This document shows positions 1 through 12,282 of a stretch of 64,000 nucleotides of DNA, one piece after another. The translations under genes were made by a program, and so were the position numbers. The stretch is taken from the NCBI GenBank assembly GCA_036785375.1, contig JAWMAR010000084.1, positions 1,364,001-1,428,000 on the forward strand, in the 5' to 3' direction. Origin of the DNA: Leucoraja ocellata. Lineage: Eukaryota. Positions within the stretch are counted from its first letter, which is position 1, and each line of letters opens with the position of its first letter. The notes below the pieces were generated by a model. It worked only from the letters and a program-made list of their open reading frames with translations, made no database searches and was not told where the DNA came from.

Positions 1-408
1 AATAAAAAGTGCAAGTTGAAATGATGTAGACTAGGAGATCAGGAATATATACGTAGTATTTGAGAGATCTATTCCAAGAATCTGATAACAATGGGAAAGA
101 AGCTGTTCTTGTATCTGGTGGTTTATGCATTTAAGCCTGCACCTACTGCCCAACAGGGGAGGGGAGATGAGAGAATTCCGTGTGCGGTCCTTGATTATGT
201 TGGCTGTTTTCCCGAAGCGATGTGATGTGTAGATGGAGTTAATTGAGGTGAGAGGAAGGGGTGGGATGGGGAAGCTGGTTTATGTGATGGACTGGGCAGT
301 GTGTACAACTCTTTGCAATTTCTTGCTGTCTTGGGCATCTTGGCCCGAGCCGTTGCCATACTAAACTGTGATGCATCTGAAAGGATGATTTCTATGGTGC
401 ATCTGTAG
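1..408 (-). mobile_element. Rex1/Babar-like LINE 3' fragment (continues at 2795-2910)
   Basis: The - strand encodes YRCTIEIILSD, a degenerate FYRCTIESIL (DUF1891-type) motif. Confidence 0.7.
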
Positions 409-715
409 CAGGCACGTGTCGTCAGGTTGGGCAAGGTAAGCAGTGCCTACCCTGACTAAAATTATAAAAAGGGAATTATTAAATATAAATAGTAAAGGCA
501 AGGGAGAATTATGCCTACCTAAGAGATCAATCTCTAAGAGATCAATCTCTTAGGTGGGCATAATTCTCCCTGCCTTTCATCCGCAGTACATGTAACACGC
601 GGAAGTATGTGCAACTTGCGTGCTGTCGAACACTGCTTCAAGCCTTCAATGACAACGGTCTATAAAGGCAGCTGAAATTCTGCCTTTGTACCGTGGACTG
701 CATGCCTGTGCTGCA

Positions 716-1567
716 TGATACAAGATGGATTTATTCATCACATGTGCCAGATGGCACAGTGAAATGAAATTCCCATACAGCCATACAATAAAAAATAAGG
801 GACACAACACACAACAATATGGGTTTGACATAAAACATCCCCACACAGCAGAATTAAAGTTTCCCACTGTGTGGAAAGGCACCAAAGTCAGTATCTTCCT
901 CCATTGTTCCCCGTGGTCAGGGCCGCCCCGTGCCCTCTGCAGTTACCGCTACGGGTGGCCCGATGTCCAGGACCGCTCGCTGGGGTGTTGTAAGTCCGAC
1001 GTCGGGGCTGCGGGACGTCCTCAGCGGCGTGGACACCAGTGTCGGCCCCCTCCTACAGGAGTCGGCGGCTTCCAAAGTCCGCAGGCTGCGCCGGGTGGAG
1101 ACTGCTGCTGGAGACCCTCTGCAAGGCGCCCCAGGACTCCGCGATGTTGTTCAGCGCCGCCCGCGCTGGAAGCTCTCCGCACCAGAGCGCCACGATGTTG
1201 GAGCAGCGACTCAATGCTTCGGAGCTCCAAACTGCGACCCAGGTAGGCATCGCCCGCTCCGCGGTGACTCCAGCGCTGCGCCACCGCTGTAGGAGCCCTG
1301 GTCCGGTTCCAGGTCCCCGGCAGGAAAGGCTGCTCCGATCCAGCAGGTAGGCCGCGAGGTGGGGGGCGAGAACGCGACTCGGAGAAATAGTCGCGTCCCC
1401 GCCAGGAAGAGACTGGGAAATGGTTTCCCCCTTACCCTGCCCCCCTCCCCCACATAGAAAAGTAAAAGTTTCCCCCAACACAAAACTTTAGACTAACTAA
1501 AAATAATAAAAACAGATATAAATAACAGACAGGCTGTAGGCAGAGGCTGTTGCCAGTGCAGCGCCCC
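716..1567 (-). mobile_element. Dispersed non-coding GC-rich retroposon with LINE-like 3' tail, copy 1
   Basis: Collinear with 25085-25836 over about 750 bp. The - strand ends with AATAAA and a short-repeat tail. Confidence 0.75.
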
Positions 1568-1743
1568 TATCGAGTTATAAGGAGAGATTATAAGCACAGC
1601 ATCGTACTGCGCATGCGCAGCGCATGTTTCTTGGTGGGTTTTTCAAACATAGATTGTCATTATCTTAAGAGTATCTTAAGAAACAAAGCGAGAAGAATGG
1701 AGTTTGTGTACAAATAATGTGGTAAGTACATTTCTTTGAGCTA

Positions 1744-2613
1744 CCGTATTTCCTGGCAATGAAGCCGCATCCCCAATTTAAGTTGCTAAATTTTGAAAAA
1801 AGGATGGTGTGACAGGATCAAGGGTTTGGTTTAGTCCAGGGGTCGGAAACATCATCTACGTGCCACGGGACTGGCTGCAGTTCCCAGATCCCTTGCGTCC
1901 CCGGGACTAGCTGCAATTCCCAGGTCGCTTGCCCCAGGTCTGGCTGTGACACCCAGGTCAGCTGCGTGCCCGCGAATGCCTGCAGTTCCCAGGTCGCCTG
2001 CCCCTGGACTGGCTGTAGCATCCAGGTCGCCTGCCCCGGGACTAGTGTAGAGAGAGACAGAGAGAGAGCCCAGGACAGAGCAGCCAGCCTTCCGCTCAGT
2101 AGCTACCCGCCAACCACCACCTCCGCTGGTTGCGCCTGTGCCAAAGGACACCGCGGCTGGCTGGCGGGCCGGCTGGCAGAAGGTGCTGAGTGTTCGATCC
2201 TGACTACGGGTGTTTCCCTCTCCGGCCACAATGCGGTGGCTCTGCGCCCGGAATGCCACGGCAGCGGTGAGTGAGTTGCTGGCATGATCCCTGACCCCCT
2301 CCTCAATGCTCCTGCCCGTGCTGACCAGGGCCAGACTCCCCACACGCTGTGAAAGGAACTCTCCCCTCCCAACGGCGCTGTCCTTTTACAGCCGCGTCCC
2401 ACTTTACAACCGCTTCCCATCAGCTGCCAGCAATGAGGGATAGACTTGGCTATCCCTCAGTACAGCAACATCGTTCTTGATGTTGCTGTACTGAGGGATA
2501 GTCAAGTCTATCTTTCTTGGCTAACAACCTAATCTTCGGCCTCCAAGACGCAGGTAAATTTTCGTGCCTTATTTTTGGGTAAAAAATAGCGTCTTCATTG
2601 CCGGGAAATACGG
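1744..2613. mobile_element. Non-autonomous Tc1/mariner element with Tc2-type CCGTA termini
   Basis: 25-bp TIRs CCGTATTTCCTGGCAATGAAGCCGC / GCGTCTTCATTGCCGGGAAATACGG with 2 mismatches, flanked by TA on both sides. Contains 33-36 bp tandem repeats at 1865-2045. Confidence 0.85.
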
Positions 2614-4525
2614 TATATGTTTTTTAGTACTTTATTAAGAGATAAGGCTTTTGAAGACAAATTACTTTATAAAAGTCGACTGACTGCCTACCGGAGAGGA
2701 GAACAATCTGCACATGCACGTTTTTTAAAGATTTTTAAAAGCCGACTGACTGCCTCCCCTGAGTAATTACTCACGGCACGTGCCTGATTTGTAGAAATTG
2801 ATAAGAGTTATTGGAGCCATGTCAAACTTCTGAGGAAGCAGAAACGTGGCTGTGCCTTCTTGACCATAACATCAATGTGGTTGGACCAGGCCAGATTGTT
2901 GGTGATATTTTATAAACGGCTCCTGTATTTCAGTTAGACTCAACCCAAACTGCCCAATCTCTCCTTATAACTAATGGCCTTAATTCCAGACAACTCCCTG
3001 GTGAATCTCTTGTGCACTCTCTCTATTGCTACCACATACTTTATTGTGGTGAGCAACCAGAATGGTACACAAGACACTAAGTGTGGTCTAAATTATGTTT
3101 TGTACAGATGCATCATGATGACACAACTTCTACTCGATGCCTTGGCATTCGAAGCATACCAAACGCCTTCTTCACAACACTATGTACCCATGTCACTACT
3201 TTCAGGAAGCTGGTACCCAAGTTCTCTCTATATCAATGCTTCGAAGGTCCTTGACATTTTCAATATGTCCTACCAGAATTTGATTAACCAAAATACATTA
3301 CCTCAGACTTGTCTGGATTAATTTCCATCTGCTGCTGCTCCTCCCAACTTTCCAGCTGACCTTATCATGCTTTATCCAAAGACAACCTTTTTAACTACAA
3401 CTAATTTTCATGTCATCTTACCACTTACTAATCATACCCACCTACATTCTCGTCCAAGTCTCTTATATTATAAACATCAAAGATTCCAGCACTGATCCCT
3501 AAACTAAACTAAACCATGTGATGCACCATTTCTTACAGATTTCCAATCATTTGTTTGTTTTTTATTTCCCATACTGAATATACAATTCTTTTCCCTGATC
3601 AAATGTTCAATACCATTCCCTAAACATCCTGTCTTTGCCTCTTACCCTTACAGAGACTGAATCCTATCTTGCTTTTAAGCACCTACCACTTATCTGATGC
3701 TGTTTTCACCTATAGATACTGTTCCCAATCTATTTCTGTTAGTTTATCGCTAACACTAGTGAAATTTGCCGTGAAAGTTCCTAAAATTACGTTACCTAAA
3801 ATTGGAATTTTTTTTTAAAAACATGCAGATTACCCATAATCTGCTTCAGCTATCCAGATGAATAAATATTGTATACCTTGGAATCCTTCCAGTAACTTTT
3901 CCTACCACAGATGTTAGGCTCACTGGTCTATAATTCTCAGGCTTTTCCCTGCAGGCCTTCTTAAATAATTACACAACTTTAGCCACCCTCCAATAATTCA
4001 ACATAACAGTTGTGTCTAATTATATTCATATATCTCACCAGGGCTCCTGCAACTTCTCTATCTCCCACAGTGTCTACGGATATATCTAATCTGGGCTGTG
4101 AGATTTATCTACCTTCATACGTCTTATGATTTCCAGCACCCCCTCAATACTAGCATGCGGCTCCACACATTGATGACTGCCTTTGTTTTTGATGGGCCTG
4201 TCTCTCTGTCGAGTTACTCGCTTTTTCTTAATGCACATTAAATATTTTTTGATTCTCCTTAATCTAATTTGCCAGTCAACTCCTGGCCCCTTTTTGCACA
4301 CCTGATTTCCTCCATAATTATGCTCCTCAGTGCTGTAAACCTTCAAGGATACACAACCTCAACTGCCTTTACCTGTCCCATGCCTCTTCCTTATTCCTGA
4401 CCAGAGCCTCAATTTATTTTGTCATCCAGGATTTCTTACTCCCAGTTGCATTGCCTATCATTCTAACATGAACATGCATGCTTTAAACTCTCACCATCAC
4501 ACTTTTAAATGAATCTAACTTTCTG

Positions 4526-5281
4526 AACATAGAAACATAGGTGCAGGAGTAGGCCATTCGGCCCTTCGAGCCTGCACCGCCATTCAATATGATCATGGCT
4601 GATCATCCAACTCGGTATCCTGTACCTGCCTTCTCTCCATACCCCCTGATCCCTTTAGCCACAAGGGCCACATCTAACTCCCTCTTAAATATAGCCAACG
4701 AACTGGCCTCAACTACCTTCTGTGGCAGAGAATTCCAGAGATTCACCACTCTGTGTGAAAAATGTTTTTCTCATCTCGGTCCTAAAAGATTTCCCCCTTA
4801 TCCTTAAACTGTGACCCCTTGTTCTGGACTTCCCAAACATCGGGAACGATCTTCCTGCATCTAGCCTGTCCAACCCCTTAAAAATTTTGTAAGTTTCTAT
4901 AAGATCCCCCCTCAATCTTCTAAATTCTAGCGAGTACAAGCCGAGTCTATCCAGTCTTTCTTCATATGAAAGTCCTGACATCCCAGGAATCAGTCTGGTG
5001 AACCTTCTCTGTAATCCCTCTATGGCAAGAATGTCTTTCCTCAGATTAGGAGACCAAAACTGTATGCAATACTCCAGGTGTGGTCTCACCAAGGCACTGT
5101 ACAGCTGCTGTAGAACCTCCCTGATCCTATACTCAAATCCTTTTGCTATGAATGCTAACATACCATTCGCTTTCTTCACTGCCTGCTGCACCCGCATGCC
5201 TACTTTCAATGACTGGTGTACCATGACACCCAGGTCTCGTTGCATCTCCCCTTTTCCTAATCGGCCACCATTCAGATAATA
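4526..5281 (-). mobile_element. Young CR1 LINE 3' fragment (about 755 bp)
   Basis: Encodes QRDLGV...LYSALVRPHLEYCIQFWSP...RRLRGDLIETYKI...TRGHSLRI and ends in a (TTTCTATG)n-type tail. Confidence 0.92.
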
Positions 5282-5620
5282 TCTCTTTGTCCGCAAGCAA
5301 CCAACTCCAATCAACTTTACCAAGTTTCTGTCTATTACCATCAAAGTTGACCTTGCCCCAATTCAGAAGTTTAACTTGTGCTTTGTTAGCTTTGTTTTAT
5401 GGTTGCTAGGCAGCAAGGACTCTGGGATCATGGCTGCCTCCTCATTACATCCATAGCAATAGCAAGGTTTCCAAGGATAAAGGTAATGCTCACCTTGCTG
5501 ATCATTTTGTTTTTCAATTGTTTTATCTTTATGAAGTTATGATGTGAACTGTTAAACAAAAATGATAAATAACAAATGTATAGGTCTAGGGTAGGGTCAA
5601 GGTTAGGGTCAGGGTCAGTC

Positions 5621-5850
5621 TATCGGGCTTGTCGGTAGGTCGTTGGATGCTGTGGAGGATAGGTCGGGATGTCGGAAGGCCGGTGAGTGCTGCGAGGGGT
5701 CGGTCGGGCTGTTGGCCCGACAGTGGATGCTGCGAGGGGTCGGTCGGGCTGTTGGTAGGCTGGTGGATGCTGCGAGGGGTCGGTCGGGCAGTTGGTAGAC
5801 CGGTGAGTGCTACGAGTGGTTGGTCGGGCTATCGGTAGGCCGGTGTTGCA
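5621..5850. repeat. 40-bp GC-rich minisatellite, about 5.7 copies
   Basis: Unit approximately CGGTCGGGCTGTTGGTAGGCCGGTGGATGCTGCGAGGGGT. Confidence 0.85.
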
Positions 5851-7989
5851 GCGAGCGAGTGGGCGGACTGACGGAGCCGGCGCTATGGGGATGCTGAAGG
5901 CGGCCCGGGCGGCGTGCAGGGCAGTGCTGCTCCCCACAATCATCACCATGACGATCCAAAAGGGCATGCTGGCCGAGGTGGACTCGCTGAGCGGCCACAT
6001 ATAGGGAGCCCGCAGCCGGTCCCAAAGCGGCTCCATCTCCAGCCGTGGGCAGTTCTGGAAGGGGGGGCGAGTTAATATAGTATAATAATATATAGTTTAA
6101 ATAGACTGCAATACGGAAATAGGTTCCCATGGTGTAATATGAGTATTGGACACTAGATGGCGCTAAATTTTTTGATCTCATTTTGATTTGGTTTAATTAA
6201 TTAATTAATGTGCAACTTTTGGCACTGACGAGTTATGACTTCCTTCTCAATTATATTTTATCTAAATCTGTGCAAAATTTCATGTAGTTCCGAGACATGG
6301 ATCACGAAAGTTGATTTCTGGACACATTTTTGATGCTCGGCCCACAGCCTATTAATTATCATATGCATTGGGAGCAGAACAATGGAATTCTTGCTGCAAA
6401 TTTACAGGCACATTAATGCAAAAACACAAATAACTATACAGTAATCCAAATAAATTATCAATTATACTATACTAGATAACCAGATTCTAATAGTGCACGT
6501 TGAAGCACATAGTACAATCTATAAAAAGTCCATAGTAGTTTGTTGCTTTGTTTGGTTATGATGAGTGTTGTGCAGTATGGTTCAAGAGTGCTGGTTGATG
6601 GGAAGAAATTGTTCTTGAAACTGGAGATAATGGTTCTAGGGTTCCTGTACCACTACCTCAAAGTAGCAGCGATGAGAGCATAGCCAGGGTGGTGGGGGTC
6701 TTTAATATTAGCTGGCTTCTTGAAGAAACACTTCTTGAAGATCTTCTTTGATGGTGGAGAGATAATTATCTGTGATAGGTCCCTGCGTCTGGCACCAGTA
6801 GTCCCCAGTGTGGCAATTTTTGCAATTTTCCTGCATTGGATTATATTTTGATATTAGTTTGAGTTCATAATTCTTGAAGGTTAAGATCAAAGGGTTGAAT
6901 GGTTTCTACTCGAATCTTTACTAACATTGACAATATAAATTTGACCTTTATAAAAATGTACTTTGTAAAAAGTGAAGGACACTTAACTTCCAGCTGCTCA
7001 CCTTCATTACAATTTCAAGCGATGTTAAACTGACTCGGGTAAACGAAGATTAAATGGATATGCATAAAATTTCTGTCCATATATCCAACCTGATGTTTAA
7101 TGAATAGTTCTGATCATATTACTTTGGTACAATTCTTCTTTGACCAAATATCCAAAATGTGCCTGAAAGTTGACAAAGCTTCTGTTTTTCCAGTAACATT
7201 AGAAATTAATTTTGCAGCATCACTTATTGTGTCTCCATTGTAAATCTTTCTGACTTTATCAATGGACTACATTTTTGATAGCATCTTTTCCATTCTGAAA
7301 TGTAGTTGATCTCTTGCCATGCAGAATGGACCACCTTTTTTGCCCAAAGTTGTGAATGTTCTTGAACGCTTTGTCAACATTTAATCATATTTCCCTGCAA
7401 GCTCTTGGAAAGTGTTACCCAATTAATCTCCTTTTGCACTTGCTCTCTAGACCTGAAAATAAAAATAATTAAATAAAAAAACCTCAGAAAGTATAACCCA
7501 GGTTATAACCTGTAGTCGCAAACATTTTCATTTCCCACTTTTTTTGATTATTGTAAACAAGAGATTCACACAATATGTAATCCAAGATCATCTTTAATCG
7601 TTATGCAAACTATAGCAGTACAGTAGATCGTCAGTTGTCAGAGCATCCTGGCTGCTTCCAGAGCTGAGCAGTATAGGAAGTGGGTGTTAATATAAATGGT
7701 ACAGTAAGGTGGGGTTAGTGATGCTAACCTATTATGATTGGTTGTCATACATAAACCAATCTATCTTGATCCCTTCCTTTCATTTTCCCTTTTTCGTTGT
7801 TCACTGGATATCAGCCACTTAGCAGTTCGCTCGTGGTGGTGTGGAATAGCAGGAGGAGGGTGTTTCTCCTTAAAAATACTTTATACGTACAAAATTATTC
7901 TGAACATGACTGGAAGGCTGTACTTTTTAATTTCAAGCCTGATTTAGTCAGCAGTCTCAGTGTGTGAGCGTTTATCTAATAGCCATCAT

Positions 7990-9380
7990 AAAATGATCAA
8001 GGCCAATGTAGTGTTTGATAGGGGGAAACGTGATGCAGTTATTAATGTTTCAAGTATACCAGCAACTACTACCTCTACAACTGAGAGAAAATGGGTGGTC
8101 AGGAGCCATATGCCCCTTGTTAAAATTGATATTGGCAATATATTAATGAAAAACAAGACAATGGCAGACATATTGAATAATTGCTTTGCATCAATATTTA
8201 CAGTGTAGGAAGAGGATAGCAAGCTGCTGGACATCCCAAGGAAGCCAATATTGAATCAGACACGGGGACACAACAAAATTAATGTAAGCAAATAACATTT
8301 GTGAATAAATTAATGAAATGTCCCCAGAACCAGATGTTTCCATCCCAGGGTATAAAGGAAGTAGGTGAGAATGTTGCAGTTGCCCTAAATATAATCTTGC
8401 AAAATTCTCTTGATTCGGGAACCCTACCTTCTGCTTTGAAAATTGCTTGTGTGATCCACTATTCTAGAATGATTAAGCGAGATATGGGCATTAACCTGGA
8501 ATACGTAGCCTGACTTCATTTGTCATTAAAATTAGTAAACCAATGATAGTGTAATTGAACAATTAAAACTTTGAGTTGAACAGAGAGTCCCAGCAAAATG
8601 ATATTAAGAACAAGGTTGCCTGGTGAACTTGATTGGGAATTTTTGAAGAAATTACCAAAGTAATAGACAAGATAAATTCTATGAATGTCCTGAAAGCTTG
8701 TGCTAAGGTTCTTCTTAATATTTTTTTAACAACATTTAAATTTATGGAATTGAAGACAAATTGTTAAACTTGTAAGGAAGTTAGGTGACTGATTGGAGGT
8801 GGTGAGAATAAAGGGCAAATACTTCAATTGGCCAGACATGATAATGGCCCGCTATGTCTGTGTGGTCTCAATTATTTACCATTTACTAATTATGTGAGTG
8901 AAGGGATAGAAAGCCATAAATATTTGCTATAGATGCAAATCTATAGCAGTGTAGGTGACTGCAAAAAGGGAGAGGCTAGGCAAGTGGGCAAAAGTGTGGT
9001 TACATGAATTCCACTGTCAACAATGTGAGGCGATTCACTATGGACCAAGAAAAGACAGAATAGAGTACTTTTTAAATGGTGGAAAGCTACCAGCAATGAC
9101 ATTGTCTTGGGGATCCATTGATATAGATCAGTAAAGTGTAAGGAACAGTGCAGAAAATAATTGAAGGTGAAATGTCTCTTAACCCAAAGGATTAGTAAAG
9201 AACTAATATATAGAGGAAGTTTAAATTCACGGCTATTTTAGTGTTTAATTTCTAATCTCCGACAAATAAATATTTATTAAGCTAAGGTATTAAAGGATGA
9301 AGGACAAATTCATGTATATGGAGTGAAATCGTAGAGTAGCTCTGATATCATTGAGTGAGGGCAGGGGTTCTTGTGTTCCA
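7990..9380 (+). mobile_element. Old degenerate CR1 LINE
   Basis: Remnant CR1 ORF2 motifs MADILNNCFASIFT and ALNIILQNSLDSG. Confidence 0.65.
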
Positions 9381-9560
9381 AAAATTAATTAATAACTAAA
9401 GGTATTTCGTCTAATTTGAATGCATTGTCTAATGTTTTGGTTGTGTCATTATTAACAAAACTTACAATATTTATAGGTTTTTTAAACAGTGGTCAAGACT
9501 GAGCTATTGGCAAAATCAGTACACAAATACTGAAACTAAAGTTGTGCATATTTGTTTTAG

Positions 9561-9746
9561 CAATAGGAAATGCATATGCGATTTTGAGCAATACTGAAAA
9601 ACGAAAGCAATATGATCAACGTAAAGAGGAATTCACAACTTTCCGCACTTCCCACACTGACAGTTCAAGCCATTACAGGGAATTTGAAGCAGATATAACA
9701 CCTGAAGATGTATTCAACATGTTCTTTGGTGGAAGGTTCCCAACAG
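9561..9746 (+). CDS. DNAJC18: DNAJC18 internal coding exon (end of J-domain and G/F-like region)
   Basis: Acceptor tttgttttag| and donor ACAG|gttggt. The 186 bp translate to AIGNAYAILSNTEKRKQYDQ...EFEADITPEDVFNMFFGGRFPTG, a DNAJB12/DNAJB14/DNAJC18 family motif. FPTG and the downstream exons favour DNAJC18. Confidence 0.9.
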
Positions 9747-10922
9747 GTTGGTATTACATTTGTACAAAAAGATTAGTTTGTACATAATAATCACATTGGT
9801 AATGAGATCTCTTCATATAACCTCTTGTAAAACAGTTGGTGTCAGTCACATGAAAATGTGGCAGTAGTTTTTTTCCCCATTTACTTGCAACAAAACATGC
9901 CTCTGAGTTGTGCATTTCAGTCAGATTTGAACACCACAGTGTGGTATGGCACTCATGAAATACAGACGATTACTGCTCTGTCAGTCCTGCCTCTTTTCAG
10001 ATGAGTTGATTAACTATCCACTAGTTCTGATTGAAGTGGACATGAATACTCCAAGGTGTCCTATTGAAAATTTATACCTCAGTTTATCGTTCTAAAACTT
10101 TTCAAGTTAATTGTCATGTTGCTGCTTACAACATAGAGAGATGAACGGGAGCCTCTTCACCAAGATGGTGGTGAATCTTGGGAATTCTTATCCTGGGGAC
10201 TCGCAATCAATGTCTTCAAAGCAGAGGCTGATAGATGATTAGATTGAGGAGGATGGGGTTCGTGTGGACGGTGAGGTAGAAGGTGAGCTAAGATCTCATT
10301 GAATGGGCAAGCAATGTCAAGGTGTCGAATGGCCTCTTCTACTTCTGTTTCGCTTACAGAACCAGTAACAATACAGCACAGGAATAGCCCTTTCGGCCCA
10401 CAATATATGTGCCGAGCATGATGCCAAGACTAACTCTTATCTATTTGCAGATAATACATATCTCTCTACTCCCTGAAAATCCTAGTGCCTATCTAAAAGT
10501 CTCTTAAATGACCCTATCATATCTGTCTCTACCATCAACTCTGGCAGCACATTCAAGAACTTGCAACCCTCTGTGTTTATAAAAAATAAAAAAAATAAAA
10601 AATTAAATAAAAAAAAAACTTGCTCTGCATTTATCCCATGTCCCTCTCACCTTAAAGCTAAGCCCACATGTATTTAATATTGGCATCCTGGGGGAAAAAA
10701 GGTTCTGACCATCTATGCTGCTCATAATTTTATATACTTCTATCGGGTCTCCTTTCAACCTCTCGTATTCTAGAGAAAACAATCAAAGTTTTCCAACCTC
10801 TCCTAGTAGCTAATAGCCCTTAATCCAGGCACATTCTGGTAACAATGGTTTGTTAAATCTTTGTAATAAATTTAAATATGTTATTCCTACATTGTAGAAG
10901 TGACTAAAGAACTTATATTCAT

Positions 10923-11015
10923 CTCTGAAGAAGGGTCTCGACCCGAAACATCGCCTATGCCTTCGTTCCATAGATGCTGCCTCACCTGCTGAGTTTTTCC
11001 AGCATTTGTGTCTAC
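10923..11015 (+). mobile_element. Penelope-derived short element with hammerhead core (single arm)
   Basis: 11-bp TSD CTTATATTCAT (10912-10922 and 11016-11026). It begins CTCTGAAGAAGGGTCTCGACCCGAAACATC. Confidence 0.72.
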
Positions 11016-12282
11016 CTTATATTCATGAATGCTTCTTTGTAAATAGAAGACATTCCCTTCTTGCTTGCCACAAATTTGGTACTAAAACTCAAAGCCAGTC
11101 TTCCATGTAAAAATCCAGTGACAGGAAAATTCTTGCTTTGTTCAGGCAATCTTTGGTTTTGAAGTGACTAGGTTGCTTTTAGGAGAAATTAGATTTGTCA
11201 GTCCTGATTTACAAAAAGTAAAAATCAAACCATTATGTTTAGAATAATCATAGCTACACAGGAAAGAGGAAATGTTTGTCGTTTTAGGCATTGGGTTTAC
11301 AAAACTCAGAAATGCAATAAATGTTTCTGTGTGACATCTTCATGACAAAATTGTATTAAAAAAATTGGTATGATTTAATGCCTATCAGGAAATACTGACA
11401 GAATTCAAGAGACGTATCTTATTACAGTGTTGTGGATCCTTCCATATGAAATTTCAGCGCACTGCACTCTTTTAAGTGAATCTACACAAATGTTTACTTG
11501 CCATTTTCACTGTTAATATTGATTTTACAAATCCAATGTTTGGTGACTTAAACCATTAAACTAATCAATGCTAACAGAAATCAGCAATTCTAAACCAAGG
11601 CTTTGGTTTATGGGTTGTGAATCAAAATATGTATTATCTGGCAGCTGTTGTGTTATGGACTGTTTACAAACACAGATACCAGAGTTGACAAGTTACTGTT
11701 ACAGTCAGTTCTTCTCACTGTTGTCAAATGTAATTACGTACCTTGTTTTCTTGTTTGTTTTGTATGATATTTTATCTTGTATTTTAACAGTTTTTAAAGT
11801 TTGAAGGCTTGTGTGGCCTTCTAGTGCACACCAGTTTAACAAATCACCCGTTGCTTCAAACTCTAACTCCGTGTGGCCTTTCCGTTTTGCTCCTAAAACA
11901 TCTGTTCTGTCATAACTCATTGAAATATGGATTTGAGTTTTAATGTGCGATCGCACAAGATTAATAATAATTGTGCAATAATCAACGAAAAAAATAATCC
12001 AGTTAAAGAAGATTTGATTCATTCATTTGGTTGGACTTCATTAAAAAAAAATTAAATGAAATGCAGGGGACTTTAAGCATAGGTACTACAAAATGTTGAA
12101 TATAGATGTAGAAACAGGCTGCCGTTCCTTAGATTATTTGTGTTGCTTAGAGCATGAAGGGAAATTCCATCTTTCTTGAGATTGAACAAACCCAAGAAAT
12201 TGAGTAAAATATATATTTATCAACCGTTACAGACTGTTTATCAATTCTCATCCTATATCTACTAGGTGGAATAGAACCAATT

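Larger units (their letters stand above)
409..2786. mobile_element. Non-autonomous hAT-like DNA transposon carrying nested insertions
   Basis: 17-bp TIRs CAGGCACGTGTCGTCAG / CTCACGGCACGTGCCTG with 2 mismatches, and an 8-bp TSD ATCTGTAG (401-408) / ATTTGTAG (2787-2794). It interrupts a Rex1-like fragment that rejoins across it. Confidence 0.8.

Noticed and set aside
725-1483. GC-rich ORFs of 87-173 aa here and at 25154-25753
   Set aside because: They lie in a dispersed repeat, their frames are not consistently conserved between the two copies, and they show no domain motifs.
1865-2045. 33-36 bp repeats and the 40-bp repeat at 5621 as a CRISPR array
   Set aside because: They are head-to-tail degenerate units with no unique spacers, there are no cas genes, and the context is eukaryotic.
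5581-5618. Interstitial telomere or chromosome fusion scar
   Set aside because: Only one exact TTAGGG among a few degenerate units, too short to support the claim.
1-9560. Upstream DNAJC18 exon with the HPD motif
   Set aside because: No HPDKN-encoding exon was recognised. It probably lies upstream of the window.
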